A DNA stretch of 63,158 nt, counting the filler, from an uncultured bacterium (GTDB lineage Bacteria; CAYSBA01): assembly GCA_964429075.1 (NCBI GenBank). It is 20 parts of 20 records of this genome, joined end to end, with 100 filler letters (N's around TTAATTAATTAA, not from the genome) between each part and the next. Parts side by side here need not be neighbours in the genome. Positions count along the whole stretch, not along the records: positions 35,626 to 38,682 come from CAYSBA010000232.1; positions 38,783 to 41,775 come from CAYSBA010000235.1; positions 41,876 to 44,866 come from CAYSBA010000236.1; positions 44,967 to 47,941 come from CAYSBA010000237.1; 16 more parts are not named here. One strand, written 5' to 3'. The position numbers and the translations under genes are program-made. Below, piece by piece: positions 35,626 to 46,172 of this stretch. The notes beneath the pieces were generated by a model. That model searched no databases. It was not told where the DNA came from and saw only the letters and a list, made by a program, of their open reading frames with translations. Each line of letters opens with the position of its first letter. Position 1 is the first letter of the stretch.

Positions 35626-37101
35626 CATCAATGGATCTATAGGGAGACTTAAAACCTCCTTTGCTACCCTCTTTGCTTCAACAAGACCATCTGCACATAA
35701 AGATCTTGTTATAAAAAGTTTCATATCAGACAATATCACCGGATAATAGATTGCTGTGGATATTCCCCTTTCCTTTAAAAACTCTTTTAGTTTATCCCTT
35801 TTGTTATTCAGTACCCTTATTGTGTACTGATGAAAGACATGTTGATCTGAAACTTCTGGGCAAACAATCTGATCCACACCAGCCAGACCTTCACTATAAA
35901 TGCTTGCAATCTTTCTTCTCTTTTCATTTACCTCGTCAAGGTTCTTTAATTTTACAGAAAGAATTGCTGCCTGAATTGCATCGAGCCTTGCTTTATAGCC
36001 CAGATGTTCAACATTATATTTATCTTTTCCACCATGCACCCTGAGAATCCTTGCAAACTCTGCTATATCATCATCATCCGTGACTATCGCACCTGCATCT
36101 CCAAAGGCACCAAGATTTTTGGACGGAAAAAAACTAAAGGCACCTGCATCTCCAAAGGATCCAAGCCTTTTACTATCTACTAATGCACCTGTTGCCTGTG
36201 CTGTATCTTCGATCAGAAAAAGATTATATTCATCTGCAATCTTTTTCAGCTCCTTGATATCGCATGGATTCCCATATAGATGAACGGGTATTATACCAAC
36301 CACCCCATCTGGATCTTTCTTAAGAAACTCCCTTATCTTATAGGGATCTATATTAAAACTATCCGGATCTATATCTACAAATACAGGAGTTGCACCTGCC
36401 CTTAATATCGTATCAGCGGTTGCAGTGAAGGTAAATGGTGTGGTTATGATCTTTTCTTTTTCACTAAAAAATTCCCTCTTTTTTGTCTTTAGGCAGATTG
36501 CCCTAAGTGAGATCAAAAGTGCATCTGTTCCAGAAGATACACCAATACAATGCCTTGCCCCTATATATTCTGAAAATTCCTTCTCAAAGGTATTTACATA
36601 TTCACCGAGAATATATTTTGAACTTGCAATAGACTTGAGGATTGTTTTGTCTATATCATGTTGATACAATCTATAAAATCTCTTGAGGTCAAGAAGTGGT
36701 ACTCCCTCTTTTTTTTGATCACCCTTTTTAATTTCATCCAACAAAACAGCAGGGCTCTTTATTGTAGAACTTTTACTCTCAAGACCATCCAGAGCAGTTA
36801 AGACAATACCATTATCCACACACCTTTCAAATGCAACAACAGATGCCTGTTCAAAAGGATAGAGACTGTCGGTTGCATCCAGACTTTCGCTTCCAGTTAC
36901 TGTAATTATATTTAACCTGTGTTTTAATTTTTCAAAAAGACTGTTTTGTATACCTCTTTTTTTTTGTATTAGATCCAGAAAAAGTACAGAGCTGCTATAT
37001 AATTCATGATCCTCTTCAAGTAGTCTCTTAAGCAGCTTAATACATACATCGTCGCCACCTAAAATGCCCTCTATAACATCGTTCAGGATCAGGATAACCA
37101 T
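35626..37101 (-). CDS. DegT/DnrJ/EryC1/StrS sugar aminotransferase (WbpE-like) with extra N-terminal domain, 3'-truncated
   Basis: SSGTDAL, PVHLYG, IEDTAQA, SFFPSKNLGAFGDAG; ~130-aa extension before VPLLDL. Confidence 0.9.
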
Positions 37102-37126
37102 ATCAACCTCTTTTTCATTGATTTGA

Positions 37127-38682
37127 TTAATTTACTTTTTTTAAGTTTTCGCTGTCTAAAAAGTATCTTTTGTTACATTCAGGACAGACATAATAATTTT
37201 CATGCTCAACAAGTCTGTTTCCACACTCACACACCCATCCAATCTGCCTTGCAGGGACCCCCACTACCAATGCATAATCTTTAACATCTTTAGTTACAAC
37301 AGCACCGGCTCCTACAAAGGCATATCTGCCAATGGTAGTACCACATACGATTGTAGCATTTGCACCTATCGTTGCCCCCTCCTTTACTAATGTTTTTTTA
37401 AACTCATGCTTTCTCTCTATAAATGCCCTTGGATTATATACATTCGTAAAGACTGCAGATGGACCAACAAAAACATTATCTTCAAGTATAACAGACTTAT
37501 ACACTGAGACGTTGTTCTGAATCTTACAACCATCCCCTATTGTCACATCAGGACCAACCATAACATTCTGTCCAAGAACACAATTCTTACCTATCACTGT
37601 CCCTTTTAATATATGACTGAAATGCCAGATCTTTGTACCCTCTCCTATTCTGACATCATTATCTAAGACAGAAGTGGGATGAATGAAAAATCCCCTATCT
37701 TTATCATCATGTAAGGGCAAAGATGAATCTGTTGACAAATCAAGGGTCTTCTGACATCTCTCCAGCACACCAAGGACCCTCAATCCCTCATATCCATCTG
37801 TAAGCGGTTTGTTTCTTGTCTTTATGCATTCAATGAAGTGTTTTAATTCTTGTTTTAGTGGTTCATGTTTTTCTGTTGGAACTACAATGTACTCAGCCCT
37901 GTGTGCAACAGGAATGTTCCCCATCTTCCACTCAATCCTGTGGGGATAAATAAATAGTTTCTCCTCTTTGAGGTCATCAAATACAAGCATTGACTTAGAA
38001 CCAACCACTATCAATCTCTGTTCTTTAAATGGATGAAGCCAACTTACAAAAATATGTGCTTTGATACCATTTGGAAATTCCATAAAAGTAAGGGTTGTAT
38101 CATATAGACCTTTGTTCAGGTAATCACCACCAAAGGCCTTTATAGTGACAGGTTCCTGACCCACTATAGAAAGAATAAGCGATATATCGTGAGGTGCAAA
38201 GCTCCACAAGATATTCTCTTCGGTCCTCAGCTTGCCAATATTTAACCTATTGGAATATATATACTGTATCTTACCAAGCTTGCCCTCTTCGATAATCTTT
38301 TTTAATTTTTCTACTGCAGGATGATAATGCAGGATATGGCCAACCATAAGGATCCTGTCTCTTTTCTCTGCAATATCTATGAGCTCTTTCCCATCTCTAT
38401 ACGTAAGTGAAAGCGGTTTTTCTACAAATACATCAAGATCATGTTGTAATGCCTCTTTAACCATTTTGTGATGTGTGACTGCTGGGGTGGCTATTGCAAC
38501 TGCATGTATGTTTTTATCCTCAAATATATCTTTTATATCAGAAAATAACCTGACATCCACTCTATTTTTAAATTGTTTCATTATGGGATTGTTTATGTCT
38601 TTATCACAAATAGCATATAGACTATTAAGGCTATCAACCACCCTTACTATGTTTTTTCCCCAGTAACCAGTCCCTACAACAG
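37127..38682 (-). CDS. Gfo/Idh/MocA dehydrogenase fused to hexapeptide N-acetyltransferase (WbpB-WbpD-like), 5'-truncated
   Basis: GTGYWGKN, VEKPL, WSFAPHD, then IHPTSV, KIWHFSHI, VFTNVYNPR, GWVCECG. Confidence 0.88.
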
Positions 38683-38782
38683 NNNNNNNNNNNNNNNNNN
38701 NNNNNNNNNNNNNNNNNNNNNNNNNNTTAATTAATTAANNNNNNNNNNNNNNNNNNNNNNNNNNNNNNNNNNNNNNNNNNNN

Positions 38783-38902
38783 AGAGGGTGCCCGCCCCGA
38801 GCATCCGGGTAGACCGCTTATGAGTGCTGCGGCAACGTAGCACCATAGATGAATGGTCGCCAGCCTTTAAAGGCTACAGAATCCGGCTTATCACCCGTGC
38901 CC
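38783..38902 (+). ncRNA. rnpB: RNase P RNA, 3' portion (5'-truncated)
   Basis: GC-rich noncoding stretch with CCGGGTAGACCGCT, AGATGAATGG and the conserved ACAGAATCCGGCTTAT 3' motif. Confidence 0.88.
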
Positions 38903-38966
38903 ATTTCCTATAATTCATCTTGAAATACTCTCTCTTTCATGATAAAAAAAAATCGAGGAGGGACCG

Positions 38967-39725
38967 ATAGTAATATACGAAGAAATAGAAAAGGTCTTAC
39001 AGAACCAGACTTTTCAGTTTCAAAAACAGGCAGAAGCTCCTCTTGAATGCAGGATATCAATAGAACACTTCGAAGGACCTCTCGACCTTTTGTTATACCT
39101 TGTCCAGAGGCATCATATTGATATCCTTCAGATTAATCTCGTTCAAATTGCCGATATTTATCTAAGATATCTATCTAAGGTTGATGTAAGTCAGATTACA
39201 TCAGACTATCTATACATTGCTGCAAGATTGGCATATCTAAAATCGAGGGCCATACTCGGGCTTGATCCAGAAAAAGATGAAAATCAGACCAATGAGAAAG
39301 ACATAATACATTCCCTGATTCTATACAAAAAAATAAAAGAGATATCGATATCACTTAAAACAAGGCAATTTCTCGGCAAAAGTGTTTTTTTCGCCAGAGC
39401 AAAATTTGAAAGACCAAAACAACTCAAGGAACGAGAGGCTATCGAAATTGTAAAAATCTATTCTAAGATTATTGAAAAAAAAGATGGCTCCAGCCCTGTT
39501 TACAGCTTTGATCTGTCAAAAAATTATAATGTTTCAGATTTTGCAAAAAAGATTAAAAGATTTATTTCTTTACACAAAACTATTACACTCAGCAGACTCT
39601 TTTTAAACACAAAAAAGATTGAAAAGATATGTTATTTTCTTGCAATACTGGAACTCGCGAAGAATGGAATAATAATGCTATTGCAAGATAAGGTAGAAAG
39701 GGATATAGTAATTTCTAAAAGATAA
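38967..39725 (+). CDS. scpA: Segregation and condensation protein A (kleisin); start uncertain
   Basis: FEGPLDLLLYLV lies in frame and begins upstream of the tracked TTG start; AARLAYLKSR; FLAILEL at C-terminus. Confidence 0.8.
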   Translation: MVIYEEIEKVLQNQTFQFQKQAEAPLECRISIEHFEGPLDLLLYLVQRHHIDILQINLVQIADIYLRYLSKVDVSQITSDYLYIAARLAYLKSRAILGLDPEKDENQTNEKDIIHSLILYKKIKEISISLKTRQFLGKSVFFARAKFERPKQLKEREAIEIVKIYSKIIEKKDGSSPVYSFDLSKNYNVSDFAKKIKRFISLHKTITLSRLFLNTKKIEKICYFLAILELAKNGIIMLLQDKVERDIVISKR

Positions 39726-39744
39726 TTATTGGGGAGGATCTGAT

Positions 39745-40872
39745 ATGGCCATTCATTTTAAGGGATCACCCGAGCCCACAGTTGGGATAGAGGTAGAACT
39801 TCAGATAGTTGATCCTGAGACAAAGGAATTATGTCCGATGGGCCCGGAAATCATAAAACGCTATGGAGACCCTAAGTATGTCAAACCAGAACTCTTTCAA
39901 GCAACTGTTGAGATCAACACAAAGGTCTGTAAAAACATAAAGGAAGTCAAGGCAGATCTAACTGAAAAGATCAGTGATGTACTCAGTATTGCTGACGAAA
40001 TAGGCGTAGCTCTAATGTGTGCAGGGAGTCATCCTACTGCTGCCCTTAGCGAACAGAAGGTTACAGTCGATGAACGTTACAGGGCCATTTTAGAAAGGAT
40101 TCAATGGCCTGTTAAGAGACTATTGATATTCGGTATTCATGTACATGTTGGTATAGAGAGTGGAGAAAAGGCAATAGCAATATTCAACGTATTATGTAAC
40201 TATTTACCACACCTTCTTGCACTCTCTGCAAGCTCTCCTTACTGGGAGGGAGTCGATACCGGGCTACAATCGTCAAGGGTAAAGGTATTTGAAAATCTAC
40301 CTACAGGTGGATTACCTTTCAGGATGATTAACTGGGGTGAATTCCAACGATTTATGAAGACCATGAAGAGATCTGGTGCAATAAGGACTATCAGGGAAGT
40401 ATGGTGGGATATAAGACCACATCCCGATTTTGGTACTGTAGAGATCAGGGTGTGTGATGGTCTTCCTACCATAAAAGAGATCGTTGCAATTGCTGCAATG
40501 ATTCAGTCTCTCGTTGTCAAAATCGGGAGGGATTATGACGAAGGTGTGTACCTCCCCACACAAAAGATATGGATCATTAAAGAGAATAAATGGCGTGCTG
40601 CTCGATGGTCTACCAATGCCCAGATCCTTGTTGACGAAGAGGGGAATGTGACTGAGATCAGTCAGGATATCGAGGAGCTAATTCTTAAGTTAAGTCCTGT
40701 AGCACGAGAACTTGACTGTTATGATGAACTCAAATGGATCGAGGAAATACTGAATGTGGGAGCAAGTAGTTTCAGACAGAGAAATATATTCAAACAGACA
40801 AATGATTTTAAGAGTGTTGTTCAATCACTAACAGATGAACTCAGGATGGATAAGATGATAACCAATGTTTAA
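39745..40872 (+). CDS. Glutamate--cysteine ligase family 2 / YbdK-like carboxylate-amine ligase
   Basis: TVGIEVELQIVD, FGIHVHVG, LALSASSPYW, WWDIRPHP, EIRVCD, ENKWRAAR. Confidence 0.9.
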   Translation: MAIHFKGSPEPTVGIEVELQIVDPETKELCPMGPEIIKRYGDPKYVKPELFQATVEINTKVCKNIKEVKADLTEKISDVLSIADEIGVALMCAGSHPTAALSEQKVTVDERYRAILERIQWPVKRLLIFGIHVHVGIESGEKAIAIFNVLCNYLPHLLALSASSPYWEGVDTGLQSSRVKVFENLPTGGLPFRMINWGEFQRFMKTMKRSGAIRTIREVWWDIRPHPDFGTVEIRVCDGLPTIKEIVAIAAMIQSLVVKIGRDYDEGVYLPTQKIWIIKENKWRAARWSTNAQILVDEEGNVTEISQDIEELILKLSPVARELDCYDELKWIEEILNVGASSFRQRNIFKQTNDFKSVVQSLTDELRMDKMITNV

Positions 40873-40884
40873 AAGGAGCTAACC

Positions 40885-41172
40885 ATGAAAGATGAGAAAA
40901 AGGTACAGGTACAGGTTGAAGATCAGATCGCAGATGGTGTTTACTCAAATATGGTTGTAATAAACTTTACAGAGACTGAATTTACATTAGACTTTATACA
41001 TATACAACCTCAAAATAAAAGGGCAAAGGTAAGATCAAGGGTTATACTAACTCCACAGAATGCCAAAAGGCTATACAATGCCCTGGGTGCAAGTATAAAT
41101 GGTTATGAAACAAATTTTGGCAATATTATCCTTAAACAACCTAACAAACAGAATCTCGGTCCTATAAACTGA
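40885..41172 (+). CDS. DUF3467-family protein
   Basis: GVYSN...EFTLDF...VRSRVILTPQNAKRL...YETNFG. Confidence 0.82.
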   Translation: MKDEKKVQVQVEDQIADGVYSNMVVINFTETEFTLDFIHIQPQNKRAKVRSRVILTPQNAKRLYNALGASINGYETNFGNIILKQPNKQNLGPIN

Positions 41173-41179
41173 GATAAGA

Positions 41180-41629
41180 TTACAGCGGCATTTCGAGGTT
41201 TATCATCTTTGATGGGACAAAACCCTTTCTGTTGAAGAATCTAAGAAGGTCAAATTGGTCCCACATAACCCTTGTATATATCCTGTTGGCACCGGCCTTT
41301 CTGGCATATTTTGAAAATTCTTCGAGCAGTTCGGTAGCAACACCTTTCTTTGCAAAATCTTTTTTTATCCCTATAGTATCAAGGGTAGCTACAGCCTCTG
41401 GAATACCAAACTCTCCAGTCAACATTTCACCCATTATAAAGCCAGCAATTTTACCATCCACCTCTGCAGCAAGTAGAATGGATATGGCGCCAGGTAGCTC
41501 ATGAGCAACCTTTAATTTTCTCTGGTAGTATTCTCTTCTGTCAGCGTTCGTATATTCTTTATCTATCTCTACAAGCGCATCAATGTCATCCTCCCGGATC
41601 ACCCTTATAACTACCTCTTTGATACTCAT
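41180..41629 (-). CDS. GNAT-family N-acetyltransferase
   Basis: AEVDGKIAGF, KKGVATELL, LRFFNRKGF. Confidence 0.85.
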   Translation of the reverse strand: MSIKEVVIRVIREDDIDALVEIDKEYTNADRREYYQRKLKVAHELPGAISILLAAEVDGKIAGFIMGEMLTGEFGIPEAVATLDTIGIKKDFAKKGVATELLEEFSKYARKAGANRIYTRVMWDQFDLLRFFNRKGFVPSKMINLEMPL

Positions 41630-41641
41630 AATATGCCTCCT

Positions 41642-41773
41642 TTAAAAAAGATCATCCAGTTCATCTCCCAAAATACTATCCATTTCAGAGCTGTAGCGTT
41701 GTATTAGCTCGTTCTCTTTCTGTGAGTACATCTGATCTACAACGTATTCGAAGCTGTAATACCTGTCATTACC
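41642..41773 (-). CDS. C-terminal fragment of unknown protein
   Basis: Open frame GNDRYYSFEY...ELDDLF-stop ending just before the GNAT SD. Confidence 0.4.
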   Translation of the reverse strand, partial: GNDRYYSFEYVVDQMYSQKENELIQRYSSEMDSILGDELDDLF

Positions 41774-41875
41774 CANNNNNNNNNNNNNNNNNNNNNNNNN
41801 NNNNNNNNNNNNNNNNNNNTTAATTAATTAANNNNNNNNNNNNNNNNNNNNNNNNNNNNNNNNNNNNNNNNNNNN

Positions 41876-42130
41876 AACAATAGAGAAGGCTTTTTCAATT
41901 TCATCATTAAGATTTTGTGTATCAAGTCCGCTAAAATAGTGTACACCAAACCTATCATTTTTCTTAATTCTTACCCTAACAATAAGATTACTTTCAGATG
42001 TGGACTGTGTAATCCCTTCTTTGGAGAATCTAATTAGGTCAAGGTTTGTTTTAGCAATACGAACATCCCAGAAATCTGCACCTTTTGTTTCTATTTTTGA
42101 CTTTATTTTGTCTATTATACTTTTCTTCAT
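41876..42130 (-). CDS. TldE/PmbA-family protein, N-terminal fragment
   Basis: Directly downstream of tldD; N-terminal pattern typical of TldD/PmbA proteins. Confidence 0.65.
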
Positions 42131-42134
42131 AAAC

Positions 42135-43568
42135 CTACTTACTACCAAATACCTTTACCTTTCTAAATCTTGCAGGCACTGTTGCATGTCCTACATGCAT
42201 AAGCTGGACTGGCTCCCCCTTACCACATGTTGGTAACCCCCACAGTATCTGTTCTTTTTCCCCGCAGATAGCATCACAACTTCTCCAGAAGTGTGGAGTA
42301 ATCCCTGTGTAGGTAGGATTTTTAAGAAGTCTGCCTAATTTGCCATTTTTGATCTCATAACCATATTCACAGCCAAACTGAAAATTTAGTCTGAGATCGT
42401 CTATTGACCAGCTTTTATTAACATCTACAAATATCCCTCTGTCTGTTGATGAAATAAGGTCATCGAGGGTGCCTTCTACAGGTTCAAGATTTATGTTTAC
42501 CATTCTTATTAAGGGGAGTCTGTTCCAGCTCTCTGCCCTCATTGCACCTGAGCTTTGGAGCCCGAGCTTCCATGCTGTCTCTCTGGAGGATAGGTAGCCA
42601 ACTAAGACCCCATCTTTTATAAGATCAATCCTTTGAGCAGGTGTCCCTTCATCATCATAACCGAATGTACCAAGTCCGTGTGGAAAAGTTGCATCTGCTA
42701 CTATGTTGACAATCTCAGAGCCATATCTGTAGTTGTTAAGCTTTGATGGATCGAGAAAACTTCCACCTGCAAAGGATATCTCACTTCCGAATACCCTATC
42801 GAGCTCTGTTGGATGTCCACATGATTCATGCACCTGAAGAGCCATTTGGGCTGAGCCGATTATAAGATCGAATTCTCCCTCTGGACAGATGTCTGCCTTT
42901 AGAAGGTCCTCTGCCTCTATTGCAATCCTCTCACTATTTTGTAAAAGGTTCAGTTCGTCAATAAATTCATAACCCTTCTGGGCAAAATTCCCAAAGGTTC
43001 TTCTCTGAACCTCACCACTATCTGAAAGGGCAATACAGCCTATGTCCCCACCTGTTTCAACAAAAAACTGCCTCAACAATGTTCCATCGGTATTTACAAA
43101 AATCTTAGTAGTTTTTTGAAAGTCCACACCTGCATAGGCGATTTTAATCTTGTTTATCTTTGTCATATTAATCATGCATGATCTAAGTAGATCAAGTATA
43201 TCTTTTTTGGACACAGAAAAGGGATCAATCTTATAATCTGTTCGATATTCACCCAGAATGCCCTCAGCATCTGCTATCTTAATTGGCTCCTTTCTTGTGA
43301 GTGAGGCCGCTTCTGCTATTTCTACAGCCTTTTTTAGGGTAAAGATAAGTTCATCCATGCTGTTTATATTTGAAGTAGCAGCAAATCCCCATGCACCATT
43401 TTTTAATACCCGTATGCCGATCCCTTCGTCGGTATCACTTTTGGTAGATTCTCCTGTTTTGTTATGTACATTAATCTGTAATGACTCTTTTTTTACATAC
43501 CTTGCATCAGCATAGTCTACGTTAAGGCCTTTGAGTTTGTCTATTATTTCGATCAGTCTGTCTTGCAT
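42135..43568 (-). CDS. tldD: TldD metalloprotease
   Basis: GIGIRVLKNGAWGFAAT, HESCGHPTELD, GYDDEG, PLIRMVN, CGKGEP. Confidence 0.9.
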   Translation of the reverse strand: MQDRLIEIIDKLKGLNVDYADARYVKKESLQINVHNKTGESTKSDTDEGIGIRVLKNGAWGFAATSNINSMDELIFTLKKAVEIAEAASLTRKEPIKIADAEGILGEYRTDYKIDPFSVSKKDILDLLRSCMINMTKINKIKIAYAGVDFQKTTKIFVNTDGTLLRQFFVETGGDIGCIALSDSGEVQRRTFGNFAQKGYEFIDELNLLQNSERIAIEAEDLLKADICPEGEFDLIIGSAQMALQVHESCGHPTELDRVFGSEISFAGGSFLDPSKLNNYRYGSEIVNIVADATFPHGLGTFGYDDEGTPAQRIDLIKDGVLVGYLSSRETAWKLGLQSSGAMRAESWNRLPLIRMVNINLEPVEGTLDDLISSTDRGIFVDVNKSWSIDDLRLNFQFGCEYGYEIKNGKLGRLLKNPTYTGITPHFWRSCDAICGEKEQILWGLPTCGKGEPVQLMHVGHATVPARFRKVKVFGSK

Positions 43569-43591
43569 AGTCAAATCAAAATACTTAATGA

Positions 43592-43620
43592 ACTATATTT
43601 TAGGCACCAGCTTTTGTCAA
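43592..43620 (-). promoter_or_regulatory. Putative sigma70 promoter for tldD
   Basis: TTGACA-N17-TATAGT on the minus strand. Confidence 0.55.
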
Positions 43621-43676
43621 GAAATTTTCTTGATAAATAGGTGGTTCTCTGATATCTCTCATTAATCTTAAAGCAT

Positions 43677-44866
43677 ATGAAAGACGAAAAAAATCAGACC
43701 GATCAGACCATATGGGAACTTCGGCTTAAATCCTTGAATCAGCTTATCTGGTTATTTCTTTATGGATTGTTAATCTTTTTCATCTACAGAGCAGCCCTTC
43801 TTTTTCACTTCAGAAATACGCTTTACGGGACCACATCTGTTGATGATATTGGAAGATCCCTCTGGGTTTCACTCCACTTTGATATAGCTGTTTGTGCCAT
43901 CTTTTTGATCGCACCTGTTTTTGTTACAATATTTTTCAAGAGTAATTTGCCAGCAATGTACAGCAGGGTCAACCGCTTTTTTGGATACATATTCTTTTTT
44001 GTTTTTCCATTTATCTGTATTTTAGATTACTACTATTTTATTGAATTTGAAGATCAGTTTAACAGCCAGATGTTTGAGGCCCTTTATGATGATCTGACAG
44101 CTATCTTAAAGACTGTGTCAGCTGAATTTCATCCTCTTTTAAATATTGCTCTCTTATTTATTTCTGGTATGTCCCTTTTTTTCTTGTGGAATTATTCAAC
44201 CAAAAAAGTACATCTTTTGTCTTTTTTAAAAGGGATAGATTCAAGATGGCGGCAAAGAGCCGTACTCTTTTTATTCCTTCTTATAACCCTTATTAGCGCC
44301 CGTGGGAGTCTAAAAAAAAGGCCGATAAAAAGGATCTGGTCATATGTCTCTTCAAGTGAACTTATAAACAAAACAATAATAAATCCCGTAAAATCATTAT
44401 ATTATGCATACATAGATTACATAGATCTAAAAAAGATGCTAAGCAATAGTAGCTCAAAATTTAAAAAAAGGCCAATCTCAGGTATATTAGATAACCTTTT
44501 TGGCATTAAAGACTTGGATAAATTTAAAAATATCACAAAACACAAGGCAGCTGGAAATGACAATCCACCAGAACATATCTTTTTTATTGTATTTGAAAGT
44601 CTTGATGCATGGATGCTTGATAAAGATACACCAGATTCTATCATCTGGCATCCATTAAGAGAACTTGCCAGAGATGGAATTCTCTTCAGGAATTTTCTGC
44701 CCTCTTCAATCTTCACAATAACCTCACTTGGAAGTATCATAACCGGCATACCCTATTTTGGTATAAATGCAATAGAGCTATATATAAAACATGGGCCATA
44801 CAAAAGTTCTGTTTTCAGTACCTTTAAAAGACTTGGATACCAGACCTCATACTTTGATGGTGGTTT
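43677..44866 (+). CDS. LTA-synthase/sulfatase-family membrane protein, 3'-truncated
   Basis: Multiple N-terminal TMs, then HIFFIVFESL and FKRLGYQTSYFDGG. Confidence 0.78.
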
Positions 44867-44966
44867 NNNNNNNNNNNNNNNNNNNNNNNNNNNNNNNNNN
44901 NNNNNNNNNNTTAATTAATTAANNNNNNNNNNNNNNNNNNNNNNNNNNNNNNNNNNNNNNNNNNNN

Positions 44967-45746
44967 ATTTATCCTCTTTATCCATTCTATTGTAGTATTA
45001 AAATAGTCTCCCTTTTTGTATACCCTATTATAATTGTGTACAGATGGCGGACCATCAAGTGATGTACTTATACCAACATTGTTATCGAGTAAAAAATTAA
45101 ATTTTTCATCGTCCATCAATAATAGGTTAGTCACAACTGTAAACTTTATATCCTTTTGAATATCATCATTTTCATTTCTTATATTGATGTATTCGATCAT
45201 ATTTTTCATAACCTCAAAGTTAGCAAGTGGCTCACCGCCCTGAAATTCTACAGTAAGAAATTTAGGTCTTGACTCTAATATCCTGTCTGCAGTCTTTATT
45301 GCTGTTGCAATATCCATATCAGTCTTATATGCATTCATAGGTGCCCGTGTTACCTGACAGTACAGGCATGTTACGTTACATCTCAAGGTTATTATCACAA
45401 TGTGTAGTTTCGGGCCCCTTATCCTATCGATTTTTTTTAAAAAAAACCTCTCTGTCAATTTATTCTGATCTTCTGTTTCTTTCAGAAACTGCCTCTTTGA
45501 GAGCACCTGATAAAGATTGGAATCTTTATCAAGTCTATTTAACAATAGGTCATGAAATTCGTCTTTATCCAAGATATGGTGATATCCGGCATCGTTTGTT
45601 ATTAAAACCCCGCCGTCTATCTCTTCAAATCTGAAATGATTGAGATGGGAAAGATTTTTTATTGATCTAAAGGTAACCTCATCGATCAATGGATCAGTCT
45701 TTTTCGTTTCTTGATGAACCCTTCTTACTTTCTGTTTCTTTTTCAT
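44967..45746 (-). CDS. hxsB: His-Xaa-Ser system radical SAM maturase HxsB, 3'-truncated
   Basis: FRF...LITNDAG N-terminal region, LHIVIITLRCNVTCLYCQV (CxxxCxxC), VEFQGGEPL, STSLDGP..HNYNR; downstream of an HxS-repeat peptide. Confidence 0.88.
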
Positions 45747-46152
45747 CTTTTACAAATTCCTCAAGATTTTTTCCATATTTTTCTTCCCAAGGAAGTGCAA
45801 TCTCCTCAAAATCCTCAATTTCTTCCTCAAAGTTCATCCCCTCCTCTTCCTGGGTTATCCCAGGGACTTCCTGCACAAAGGCAGCCTGTTGCAGGTACAT
45901 AATCCTTGTCTTTTCATAACGTCTTGTTAGCATGTAACGAATCTGAAATTTTATTAGTTCGTTTAAAAACTCTCCTTCAGGTAGCTCTGATCGATCATTC
46001 TTGTCTTTTGGTTTTAAGAGAATTTTATATTTTCCCTCTTTATCATCTACATCAATAAAACAGTAGTACCTGTTACTGAAATGGTATAGTGTATTTAAGA
46101 CTGGTTCTAACTTAAAGATCTTACTGGATACATCAAAGATATGTTCTTGCAT
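45694..46152 (-). CDS. hxsD: His-Xaa-Ser system protein HxsD with acidic C-terminal tail (alternative GTG start at 46179)
   Basis: LYHFSNRYYCFID...EFLNELIKFQIR...TRIMYL pattern; lies between precursor and HxsB. Confidence 0.75.
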   Translation of the reverse strand: MQEHIFDVSSKIFKLEPVLNTLYHFSNRYYCFIDVDDKEGKYKILLKPKDKNDRSELPEGEFLNELIKFQIRYMLTRRYEKTRIMYLQQAAFVQEVPGITQEEEGMNFEEEIEDFEEIALPWEEKYGKNLEEFVKDEKETESKKGSSRNEKD

Positions 46153-46172
46153 AACTTTGCCTAAAACAGATT

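Noticed and set aside
36089-36158. Direct repeat GCACCTGCATCTCCAAAGG occurring twice
   Set aside because: It encodes the two FGDAGA-like motifs flanking the PLP lysine, normal for DegT-family enzymes.
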